DNA of 64,000 nt from Vicugna vicugna. Taxonomy: Eukaryota. Position 1 is the stretch's first letter, and every line of letters starts with the position of its first letter. Position numbers and translations under genes: made by a program. The notes under the pieces are model-generated. The model did not search any database. It worked only from the letters and a program-made list of their open reading frames with translations, and was not told where the DNA came from. Shown one piece after another: positions 10,450-21,480 of the stretch. The DNA lies in the NCBI GenBank assembly GCA_013265495.1, contig MU058451.1, positions 2,909,305-2,973,304 on the forward strand, given 5' to 3'.

Positions 10450-13400
10450 CTGGGGAGAAGATGGACACAGAAGGGGAGGTGACAAAACAAAAATAAGGCA
10501 CAAAGGCTTGTTCCTCGTGGTCGCTACTGACATATTTTGCTCAATCAGCTTAGCCTTTCCTCTTTCTCTCTTAAATGTATTTAAAAGGCTTTGACTAAGC
10601 ACCAGGGCGTTTCCTTCCCCAGGAGAAAAGATTATTTATTGCTGAAAAAGTTGTACGTTAATATATGCCATTACTTATACTATTTTGGTAGCTGTAAAAG
10701 TTACACAGTTCTGACTTCCCTGATAATTGCACTGTTTCTTCCTGCCAGCAGAATTCACATGGATGGAGTGCTGGTGACAACACTGTAATTAATCTGCACG
10801 TTTAAATTACATGGTATAACAAAAACACATAATGTATACACTCATATACAAAAAGAAACTGACTTGTATATTTGATGTTTAATATATTAGAACATTTAAA
10901 TGTATTAAATCAATGTTTAGTAAAGTATCTACACTGTAAGAGGATGTGCAGATAACTTTTTTGGTGGGACAGGTAACATTTTTAATGACCATAAGGATCA
11001 TTTAAACTTCCTAGTTAGAAATAATCTCTGACGCTTAGGTTACACTTTACAAAGTAACTTACTCGGACTCCCTTCACCGCCTGGATTTGCATCAGCAGTG
11101 TTTCTGAGGGCCTCAAAGTCAAGCCAAGGCAGTTGTCTTTGGCTCTGTAGTCTCAAGATTTTCCCCCCTTTTCTGAATACTTTAGAGTTGTTTAACAATC
11201 ATATGTTATTTTTATAAACAGAAAAAAATTCATTTAAAAACCAGGACCTTGGTGCACTGTTATTTTACGGGCAGATTTTGGGAGGAATGAGGTGTAAAGA
11301 GAATGTGCACCACAAGATGGTATTGGCAGTGACAGCTTAAGGAGGACCTCTCCGGGGCTCTGACACATGCTCCCCGGCAGTGCCCTCCTTGCTTGGCATT
11401 GCCTCCCAGCCCCTCCCCAGGAACCAGGTTCAGCTACCACTCCGCCCATCAGCCACTTTTCATCTCAGGAAGGTGAAGTCAAAGTTACACAGTCCAGTTG
11501 GCGCTCTTCTCTGCAAATGGGCAGCAGCTGAAACGTCATCTCTGGAGTATCGGGGGACAGAAATCACCCACCAACTGCCTTATAGGAGCTGCACCTCTGG
11601 TCAACTCCATGGCATCGCATCTGCTGACTTCCCTTCCTGCCCCGCCTCCCACCCCTCAGCTCAGAGGGGCTGGAGAGCAATTATCCTTAACTGTTTAAAA
11701 TGTAAACTGCCTGCTTGTAATTGCTCTTCCTGGGGTGTTCTGAGCGATGGAGCAGTTACTGCTGTGAGCCTGCTATTTATCACAAAACATATTTTCCAAA
11801 ATTTAAAGCCTCACCAAAATCTTAGGACGCAGGCATTTTCCAGTTTGCGTTGATGTGGGAATAGCTGTAGCAGCTGAAAAAACCCAAAAGTCACATAGCT
11901 CCTGTGTATCGTTAAGACAAAACAGAACGTGACACGTAATATAAGTAAGCCTAGAAATGAGAATTCCCGAGAACCCACATTTGTAGGTTGTACTCAGGGC
12001 CAGAAGCGTAATAGCCAAAGCTCGGGGTTCCAACTTCCCCAACAAGTCAAGGTTGCATGCTAACAAGTGAGATTTCCTTTCCGGCCTTGGTGAAGCGCTG
12101 CCTTTTAAATGGTTGGCAATTTTCTTTTAAATGCTCCATCAAAAATGGCAGTATGAATTCTTGGCACAGAGGGATCTCACTTGAGTGACGAAAAAGAGGA
12201 AATGGCAATTATTCAAAAGGTGCTTTCTGCTTCTGAATTCTTTCTTGGTGCGCTGACGGGACCACACCACCCAAAGACACATCAGCAGGAGTGCAGGAGA
12301 GCGATGCTCCTCATCGGCAGGCATGCCCCTGCCTGTAAAAACCCATTTATGGACATTTACACTGGTCTTGCATGGAGAAGCCCCTCATCTACCGCAGGCG
12401 TGTTTTTATACAACCCCAACTCTGCCACGCCTTGTTTACATATTTTTCTCTCTCCCCTCTACCCCAAATTTCCTCAGCCTTGGTTTTATTTGTGCTTTAC
12501 TATTATCCAGTGTTCCATCATCACTGAAACACACTGTCTAGGTATGGGAGTAAATGTTCTGTGCAAAGGTAACAGTCAAGAGCCAATGGATTTTTAACTT
12601 AAGCAACATAGCTCTGAAACACAAGTTACAAGAACTTTTAATATCTTCAATCTATGGGGTTAAGTGCAAAGGTATTTTGCAAATCTTTCTATTTTAGGAT
12701 TAAGGCATATTAAAAACTAATGTTTAACTTAAGCACATGCACAGAAACAAATGGGAGAAAAACAGACCCTGGCAAACAGGACCAGTTCTACATTCTTAAA
12801 GTTAGAAGGAAATGACAGTCACTGAACCATGAGAAATAAAGCTGTCAAATAGACCAAGTGCTTCATTTTGAAAAAGCGAGACCCTAACAGTGACGCTTAC
12901 AAGTTTAGGATTTATCCGGGTGACTGCTGGTCTCACCTGCATTTCCTGCAGAAAGCAGATTAGAAGCTGAAACGGGAGCTGCAGATCCCAGCAGAAGTGA
13001 CAACGGCCAGCAAAGGCTGACACTGAATAGCTAGGAAAGAGAGTTGATTTGGGAGGAGACTCAAGGCGATCCAGTAATAGTGGGGCCAAGAAAAAGAATT
13101 AAAAAAAAAAAGTGATAGGCTTTAGTTATCACTGGAAAACCCTATAGTACTTGGACACAAAGCACAGTTTCAAACGCTTTTTGTAAAGGACAAAGCTCTT
13201 CCTACCTCTTCATTTATACGGTTGTGAACAGGCTAAGCAGAGAATGATGTAGCCACTGGAGGAATTTTTCTTAATGGACTTTTGTGAAGCTACTTTGTAT
13301 TCCAATGAATGTATTCATTATGTTTATTAACTCTCAAATACTCCTCTAATCACTCCTTTTAGCTCTTTGGAAACCACATGTATTGCTCTTCTGGACAGTT

Positions 13401-15126
13401 TTCCTGTCCTAAGTGTCCTAGGAAAGGCATTTCTTACATGAGACTTGTGCCCGTCTCCTAAGACCAGGTTTTCAGGCATAATGGTTCAGATTTATCTACA
13501 GAGCTTCTGATGGTATTTGAAATCTGTTGAGGTCAAAGCATTTACTAGAACAGTGGAAGCATATTCCAGCACCACCTTTCAGATTACAAAAAAAAAATTC
13601 CTAGCTTTATTATAAATACTGCCTGGATAAGGGAATAAATGTACTTCCAAAGCAGTGGCTCTGTATTTGCTGCCTAGCAGAGGCACCTGGGGTGCGAGTC
13701 CCAGAGACTTCAGTAAGTAGGCATCGAAGCCTAGAAATCCTGATGGTTAACAGTTGCTCCAGGTAACGCTGGTGTACCCAGTGCAGACACTGAACAGCAT
13801 GCCAGAAAGCATGCTGCCTAGAGGCAGACAGAACTCCAGCCCTGCCCAGCTGTGTCCAGTGGGAAATGGTTCCACCATGGCGGAATCAGCTGGGGACTGG
13901 CCAGTTAAATGAAGACAGATTTTCCAGGGGAAGATGAAGTGCTTTTTAAACAAGATATTTAATATAATGCAGAGGACAGAAGTTTTTCCTGGACAACTTT
14001 CCTGGAAGGCACACGTTGTGCCTGCTACTTGTTCTGTGTAGTAACGCGTGTCAGCACCGCAATGCCAGCAGCAGAGGCTTGATGCGATGCAGCAGTTCAT
14101 TAAAAAGGCGAGTCAGGATGTTGCCAGGGAGGGAAACTATGACAAGTGTTGATAGTTGCTGCAGTCAGCATTTTTCGCTGTTTTTATAGATGGTATTTAT
14201 GAATCCTAAGGGATTTTTCTTCCCCTCTGGGGATTCATATTGGGAAGAAGTCAGATACAGGTCACCTGCTCACTGACATGCCACACAACACGGAACAACA
14301 ACATTCAGCACATGTCATCCACCCACACGGAAAGGTTACTCGTTCCAGTTGGCACGAAGGCTCTGAACAGAGACGGCAGACGGTAACAGCCGGGTATCCA
14401 GCTAGTTCTTTATAGGTGAGCCTCAGTGACGTGGCTGGGCCCAGAAGGAACACCAGGGAGACACCCCAGGACGAATGTCTACAAGGGCAGTGCTGCTAGC
14501 AAATGCCTTGTAGCGATACCAGAAGTCATTACATAGAAATTAGATATTTTTGAGGGAGACTGCCAATCAGTAAAAGAGGACCAGACTGAAAGATTAAAAA
14601 AAAAATACTCTAATTGCAGGATCACTTTCATATGCTATGTGGAAAGAATGCCACTATCCTGTAGGACTTTAGAGTCCTGTCTGTAATGTGAACACAGCCA
14701 TAGCACTCTCGTCTGCAAGCCACGGGGATGGCCACCCAGAGCACTACCCACGGCAGCCGTTCAATCCACATGTGTGCGGAACTGAATCCACCGGAATAAG
14801 TAAGTGGTAAGGATAACCGGCAAACCTATGAATTACTAATTTCATGTCAACTGGTGGATTATTCCATTTCCCTTTTTCTATGAAAAAAATTTACTCAGAA
14901 TTTTGGGTTTGGAAAGTGAGTTTAGAAAATCATCTACTGACAGGATGCTTGTCTTTTCTTAATCAAAAATATTACATAGTAATGGTTAGCACAATTATAT
15001 AATGAAAAGGAAAATATAAATTCTTAAGGTGTCTAGTTCGCACCAGAAGTGTGAGCTTAGTCATCTACCAACTCAAACCTATATACTAAGACTTCAAGTA
15101 ATCAACATACTGTGTGTGGACATACA

Positions 15127-15508
15127 TGCTGTTACACACTGAGTGTATGGTGCTGGCGGGGTGGGATCACATTCATGTGCTGAAGCCCCAACCCCAAGGT
15201 GATGTTATTTGCAGGTGAGGCCTTTGGGAGATGATTTACATTAGTTCATGATGGGCTTAATGCTCTTACAAAAAGAGGAAGAGACACGAGAATTCTCACT
15301 CTTCAGGTACATGCACTGGGGAGATACCATGTGAGAACACGGTGAGACAGCCATCTGTGAGCCAGAAAGATGGACATGACCAGAACCCTACCATGCTGGC
15401 ACCCTGATCTTGGCACTTCCAGCCTTCAGAACTGGGAGAAATAAGCAGCTACTGTGTAGGCCAACCAGTTTAAAGTACTTTGTTATAGCAGCCAGTGCTG
15501 ACTAATAC
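15127..15508 (+). mobile_element. MaLR solo LTR (MLT1A-like)
   Basis: ggcctttgggag, catgctggcaccctgatcttgg, ttccagccttcagaactgggagaaataa, tttgttatagcagcc...ctaataca; 5' boundary approximate. Confidence 0.8.
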
Positions 15509-18461
15509 ACACATACTTTGACACAGGAAGACGAGCTTGTTGGGGGGGTGGTTGTCTCCCCAGAGGGCTCCAAGTGATACACTTACCACATTCTCAGTCT
15601 TTTTAAACCCATGGACCAGTCATCCCCACAACTGATAAGTAGCACTTAGAATTAAAAACAAAAGCATCTCAATGGAAAGGAAACTCAGAACAGTGGAGCA
15701 AAGAGCCATACATAGGTTTCCCAATCCTCTTCCCCCTACGTCCCACTCCCCCTACCTCCTTAGTGATCATCCAGTCTCACCTCAGCCTCCCTGGCTCAGA
15801 CACCCAATTTCATCAGGACTCTGAAGCACAGCCATCCCTGGGGCAGACGCACATCACCCACACTCACAAGACTGATGTATGACACCAGAAGGCAAGTCAT
15901 TGGCTTACAATGGGCAATGTAAATGTCACCGAGGCCAGAGACTTGCCCTGATACCACCACTGCATGCTTTCCCAGCTGGCAGACCTCCACGAGGAGCTCA
16001 ACCAAAATTAGAAGGTTACTGGCGAACGTGGAATCGGGACAGGAGCACGAGATGAATCAAGTATCTGATGGCATCGGGCTGAGCAAGCCTGATGAGTCCA
16101 TTGCCTCAGGCGGGTGATCCTGCCAATAAAGCCATACACGGCTGGCTACGGCTCTCCGCATCCTTCTCCATAACAGAAATGCCCTTGCCAGCGCAACTGC
16201 ACCACTCCAAGGTTTTGGCCATGGCTTCTCCCTCCTCTGCAGAGTGGGTGGATGGGCACTGCCAAGTTTTGCGTCTGTGACTTTCTTCTATACTGCTTTG
16301 GGTGACCAAGTCTTCAGAAGTTTTAATACACTCAATCAGGTCACAAGGATATCTTGCTGTACTACAGCTTTGCTGTCACTTATGATCACTTACTACACCT
16401 TGGTGCAGTCTCATGGGCTCATTTTAAAGTTTAACTAAGAATATTTCCTGGTGGACGACGCACTGTGTCACTCATACTCTTGGCAATTCAGGTTTCGGTG
16501 TACGTATACAGTTATCTACGTGCATTCACATATATGCATTTGCTTTTTATTATGTCAGAACTCGGCCCTTTGACTGATAAAGCCATCACACATGGCTATA
16601 TTTTTCCCCTTTGTAGTATTCTACAGTTCAATTAAAAACTGTTTTGAACCAAAAGTGTAAGACTGAACTAAGATGGTAAATATCTGAAAATACTGCCAAC
16701 TCCGGAACAGAGATAACTTATACTTAGAGCACTTTCATGGTAAGCTGTGACAGACATCCCTTTCCCCAGGATTAACAACTTCTATGCACGGCACATCCAT
16801 TACAAACAAAGGCAACATTGATATCTGAGATATGTAAATTAAACGAGCAGCCTGACTCAGAAAAAGTACTTGAAAGCCCTTTTAGAAATGTCTCTCTGAT
16901 TTGATCACCCTGTAAATGCAGAGTGGAAAGCATGAGTTATGCTCCCTTGAGAAGATCAATAATACTCTGTACAGAAAGGGCTTTCTATACTGTTGCTGAA
17001 GGAAGTGTTGGCTGTGGGTCAAAGGGGACTGCAGCCGTCCCTCTTAGCTCTTGTCTCAAATAGACCCCTTGTCATCTCCTGCAACTGTGATGTATTCATT
17101 ACAGATGGACAACTTGCTTATGTAAAACTGTCTTAGCTAGGAAAGGGTGGGATTACATTTTCCCACAATACTTTCCCCCCCTCAAATGCTTTCGCACCAT
17201 AAAAGGCTTTTAAAACCATTTAGTCTGGAAAATTGAGATGACCTCCCATATCATTTACCTCTCGTTAACACCTAATGGAAATCTCCCGGGGGACCCTATA
17301 TCCCAACAGAAATTAACAACAGAATCAAGGAAATACCATCTGCAGACAATAGTAAGTTTGTTTGCTTCCAAATCAGCTCTGGCCCAGGGCTGCTCGGTGA
17401 AGCTGCGCACTGTCTCCTGACCACTGAGCTGCCCCCAGCGGCAGTGCTACTGAGGAGACATCCCTCCCCCCTGGCTGAACCCTCTCCCCAGCTCTCACCC
17501 CCTAGAACAGGTAGTTGCCCTAGACTTACGTCCAGGGAAGCATGAGTTTCCAGGAGACCGTTTATTTCTACTGCAAAAAATGGAAATTTCCCCTTTCCTG
17601 AGAAAATACACGTATATAGTCAATGATTTAATCCCTCCTAGAGGTTTAAAAGAGAGATGTGCGCGCCCGCGCACACACACACACACAACCCACCATTCAT
17701 CACGCTGGTTACCTCCCTTGAACTATCAGAGAAGTCACTCTGTGACAACTCAGCAACCAGACTGGGCCCCTCCCCAGACACTCATAAAACTGAGTCTTGT
17801 TAACATGACCTTTTACTGTCTTCATTCTCTGCAGGAAAGACAACAACAAAAAAACCGAACAACCCGTATCATTTCCTTCTCATTCTCCCATCCTTTATCT
17901 CACCAAGTTTCTAGCTTTTACACGGATTCTTGCTCTTCTGTTCACCTTGACTTTCCCTATTCATGTAGTCACACTAATGCCCAAATATACCTCCATCATT
18001 AGAACCCAACAGGTATTGGATACATATGTCATGCAGGGAGCTGGTTATCCAGCTTGATTTAATAGAAACCAATGTGGGAAAACTCTTTACCAAGAAAATG
18101 TAAATTTCTATATTTATAAATTTAGAACATTTCTTTTGGCCTCTGCCTAAAAATCTGTTGATCCCTCAATCAATGGGAAGATACTGTTTCTAAAACAACA
18201 GAGAAACATACATAAAAAAGTAGGGACTGCCATTTCATTATAGAGAGGGATGGAAACAGTCTACTAGGAAACCACTAAAAAGTGAGTTAAATATTTAAAC
18301 CTACTGTAAATATTTGTTGCTGTTTTATAACATTGGAGAGGCAGATGATCTGGACTGATTTTGTGTGTATGTGGTTGTTACTTTCATTTCCTTTATCATG
18401 ACATACATTTTCGATCTGTGCAGGCTCACCTGTCGTTTAAGTGGTATATACTTCTTTACAT

Positions 18462-18898
18462 CCTAACCGAGACAGGAGGAAAGAGGCAGGGCATAGCCAC
18501 TGAAGGAGTAACAAGGCAACTGAGGACAGGACAAACTGGTTAGAACCAAGACTCAACTTCCAGTAGACCTTGAGCCTCATGGCACACCCACAGGCACCAG
18601 GACAGCTCCTGGGCTGACCATAAACAGTCCAAAAGTGGGCGAGGAGGCCCAGTTCCTGGAAATCCCTGACCCTTCCGCAACACAGCTGGAGTAATCCTTA
18701 CACTCATTAGCGTATGAACTTACCCAGCCCCTAAAAACAAACAGCCCTGCACCTGTGGTCGCTTGCTCTCTTGCCTCCTGAGACCCCGCACTCTGTCTAT
18801 GGAGTGTGTTATCTCTCAAAATAAACTTGCTTCCACTTTGCTGTGCCTCACTCCTGAATTCTCTCCTTTTCAAGCCAAGAACCTACTCTCTGGCAACA
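18462..18898 (+). mobile_element. ERV1-class solo LTR (MER41-like, cetartiodactyl type)
   Basis: TATA-like ctaaaaa 18731-18737, gcactctgtctatggagt, AATAAA 18820-18825, aataaacttgctt...ctgaattct...ccaagaacc, ends ggcaaca, resembling the MER41 3' half as I recall it. 5' boundary is degraded. Confidence 0.8.
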
Positions 18899-19142
18899 CA
18901 ACCACGTCCCTTTGAGGTATATTTAAAGGAAGGTCAGAGCACTAATTGGCTCTTCTTTTACTGCTAATGGGGTTGTTTACAGGTGCCTCTGATTTTGAGG
19001 TATTTGTTTTAGCATCTACAGTGGTTCCCCGACACTCTTAATATGATTTCTGAGATACTTCTTTTAGATTCTCGTCTCCTTTACTGTTATCAGCTGAAAG
19101 TTGCTGCTGTGGTGACTGGTTGAGGGGTGGGAGGGAGGGAGA

Positions 19143-19214
19143 NNNNNNNNNNNNNNNNNNNNNNNNNNNNNNNNNNNNNNNNNNNNNNNNNNNNNNNNNN
19201 NNNNNNNNNNNNNN
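19143..19214. other. Assembly gap (72 N) inside a G-rich low-complexity tract
   Basis: Run of N flanked by gggagggaggga and ggagggttgggggg. Confidence 0.99.
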
Positions 19215-19427
19215 GGAGGGTTGGGGGGAGTAGGGGGAGGTGGGAAGGGAAAGAAAGTCACTGGGGAACCAGCCAAATCTCACTTCAGATGTGATGACTC
19301 CATGCTCCCACTTGTTTTGTAGTGTTCCTGAAATTCACCAGGCACAGGCCTTGGGGTTAAACCGAAAAGGAGAGCGGAAACCGGAGGCAACGCTCCCACC
19401 TCCCCCATCACAGGACCACGGTCCTAC

Positions 19428-19546
19428 CTGGCTGGTAGAAGTCAGGCGACAGCTCCCGGGCCACGGCTCTCGCGATGTCGCACTCCTGGCGGGCCGCCAG
19501 CGCAGCCTGGTCGGCGGCGTCGGCCTTGGCTCTGGCGTGCGCGGTC
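19428..19546 (-). CDS. JPH1: Junctophilin-1 internal coding exon (119 bp; exon 3 by analogy to human), alpha-helical region
   Basis: Minus strand reads cag|G ACC GCG CAC GCC AGA GCC AAG ... TTC TAC CAG CCA G|gtagg = (R)TAHARAKADAADQAALAARQECDIARAVARELSPDFYQP(G), recognised as JPH1. AG at 19548-19547, GT at 19427-19426; phase-1 end fits the next exon. Confidence 0.96.
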
Positions 19547-19979
19547 CTGCTGGGGCACAAAGGGCGGTCAGCACGCGGGGCTCCTTGCGAATTACGCAGG
19601 CCCAGAGAACAAGCAGGCGGGCGGGGGGGGGGGGGGGGGGAGAAATGCTAATTGTGATCCTGGCCCCACACCTGCAGCAGGAAGTGTTACAGCCTCACAG
19701 CTGTGAGACATCAGTGATAATCACGCAGAGGAAACCACCTGTGAATTGCCTCAACCCTTCTCTCCAGGTTCATGAAAGTAAAAGTAAGTTCTGTGCAGCT
19801 TACTGCAAAGCCTGGTGTTCAAAACTTTGGATCAAATTCCCTGTTCACTTTGGTTGGCATTCCCCCCTGCCTACCACAACCATGGAGAGTAGAATTAGAG
19901 CCTGTGAATTAATACAGAGTTCATGGGTTTAATTCTTACGGTGGAATCAATACAAGAATTTGAATAAGAAAGCTCTGCC

Positions 19980-20168
19980 CACTGGTGTGCTGGTACAGTA
20001 GCTCTCTGGGGGAAACAGTAAAACTGATCTGTAGCACTGACTGGTTTCCATGGTGTATATACACTCCCACCAAGGCCAATTCAAACTACCAGCGTGACAC
20101 TGCAGAATGTGTTGCTGGGACGAGATGCCTGTGGTGGGCTCTCCCCAGCCTGCAGGGGCAGACCACTG
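19980..20168. mobile_element. hAT DNA-transposon relic (MER63-like)
   Basis: Imperfect terminal inverted repeats (cactggtgtgc / gcagaccactg), degenerate 8-bp TSD gctctgcc/ggtctgct, internal tgtagc...ttccatggtgtatatacactcccacc...caaactaccagcgtgac. Confidence 0.6.
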
Positions 20169-21089
20169 GGTCTGCTCGGAGAATGTGCACAAGAGGGTTC
20201 CAAGGGAGTCCACGGAGTTGCTCTGTAAGCACGTTTCTGTTGTGAAACAAAACGGAGGCAAGGCTGGAGAGGAGGAAATGGTTCTCTTCTCCCTGACCCC
20301 TCCTCACTCACTGAAACCGCCTATCTTTCTAGAGGACCAGGGCCGCGGAGAAAGCGGCAGGGTTAAGAATGGGGCTTCTCATGGCAAGACAGGGGAACCG
20401 ATGTCCGTCTGCCCAAGGAGAGGGGATCTGGAGAGTAAGACCCTGGGTCATCCACTTCCAAAGATCTTGTCCAGTTAGTATTTAGACGATGATCTTGGGC
20501 ACCTATTTCTTGTAATTCTGTGAACTTTTTTATTTTCTTTTTGTACCACTAGGCAGAGCTACAGATAACTAGTAGTAAAAGCTTAAGAAAAATCTTAAAA
20601 GGTGCTGGCATAAATTTCAGAGTCAGCAGGAGAGGAAAAGGTGCAAAATAGCATCACACCGCAGCTGGACTCAGGAGAGAAAACCCAGGTGGCACCTAGA
20701 GGCGGCCAGCAGATGGGATTCCTGGGACCAGACTGCACAAAGGAAAAACGGGGAGGATGGGGTCTGGCCTGAGACCACAGCTAACTGGTAGGAGGCTCCA
20801 TTCTCAAATTACATTCTCCAGCTACCTTCTCTCATCCTGTGCTCTCTGGGGCCCGCTTCACTCCTACTGAGGACCCAGCTGAGCCTGGCGGCTTAATGTA
20901 CTGACTGGAATGTGAACGTCATGGAGATTTTTTTTATTCTTGGGGTTTTTAACTTCTTATTCTCTACTGTATTCCCAAGGCAAAGGACACTGCCTGGCAC
21001 ATAATATTTGTTGAGGACCTACTTTATAAATAAAGGAATGAGTGATACTTCCTTAGTCAACAGCTGTGTAGTTACTTAAAAATGAACAG

Positions 21090-21480
21090 ACTGACAAAAC
21101 TAGAGAGAGAGACGACCAGTGATTGCCGAGGGTTTGGGGTGAAAGTGGTGAGGGACGAACAGGTGGCTCACCGGGGATACTTAGGGAAGCGAAACTATTC
21201 TGTACAGTCCTTCAATGGGGGGGATACGTGGCATCATACATTTGTCAAAACCCACTGAACTGTACAATGCAAAGAGTGAACCCTAATGTGAAGTATGGAC
21301 TTCAGTTAATACCATTGTATCCACACTGGTTCACCAGTTGTACCAAATGTACCCACTGATGCAAGATGTTGGTAACGGGGGAAACTGCGTGTGGGGGCAG
21401 GGGAAGAGGTGTCCTGAGACTCTGTACTTCATGCTTAATTTACCATAAACTTAAAACTGCACTAAAAAGTCTATTAATTA
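21090..21480 (+). mobile_element. Old L1 3'UTR fragment (L1MC-like)
   Basis: gaaactattctgta, catacatttgtcaaaaccca, aaagagtgaaccctaatgtgaagtatggactt, taaaactgcactaaaaa: characteristic L1MC 3' end. Confidence 0.8.

Noticed and set aside
9719..10501. ORF read as a standalone 260-aa gene
   Set aside because: It is the JPH1 exon 9815-10449 with read-through into both flanking introns.
15780..16310. Exon-like or pseudogene-like stretch with several short ORFs
   Set aside because: No translation resembles a protein I recognise; no poly(A) tail, TSD or phase-compatible splice pair found.
17658..17687. 8-bp inverted repeat plus (CA)n; similar 8-9-bp inverted repeats near 29930-29955 and 50314-50335
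   Set aside because: Too short or low-complexity to exceed chance expectation.
19240..19932. 230-aa plus-strand ORF
   Set aside because: Antisense shadow of the GC-rich JPH1 exon plus a poly(G) run; no protein similarity recognised.
20704..20717. CTCF-like motif ggccagcagatggg
   Set aside because: Lacks the conserved C at the end of the core; not supportable without binding data.
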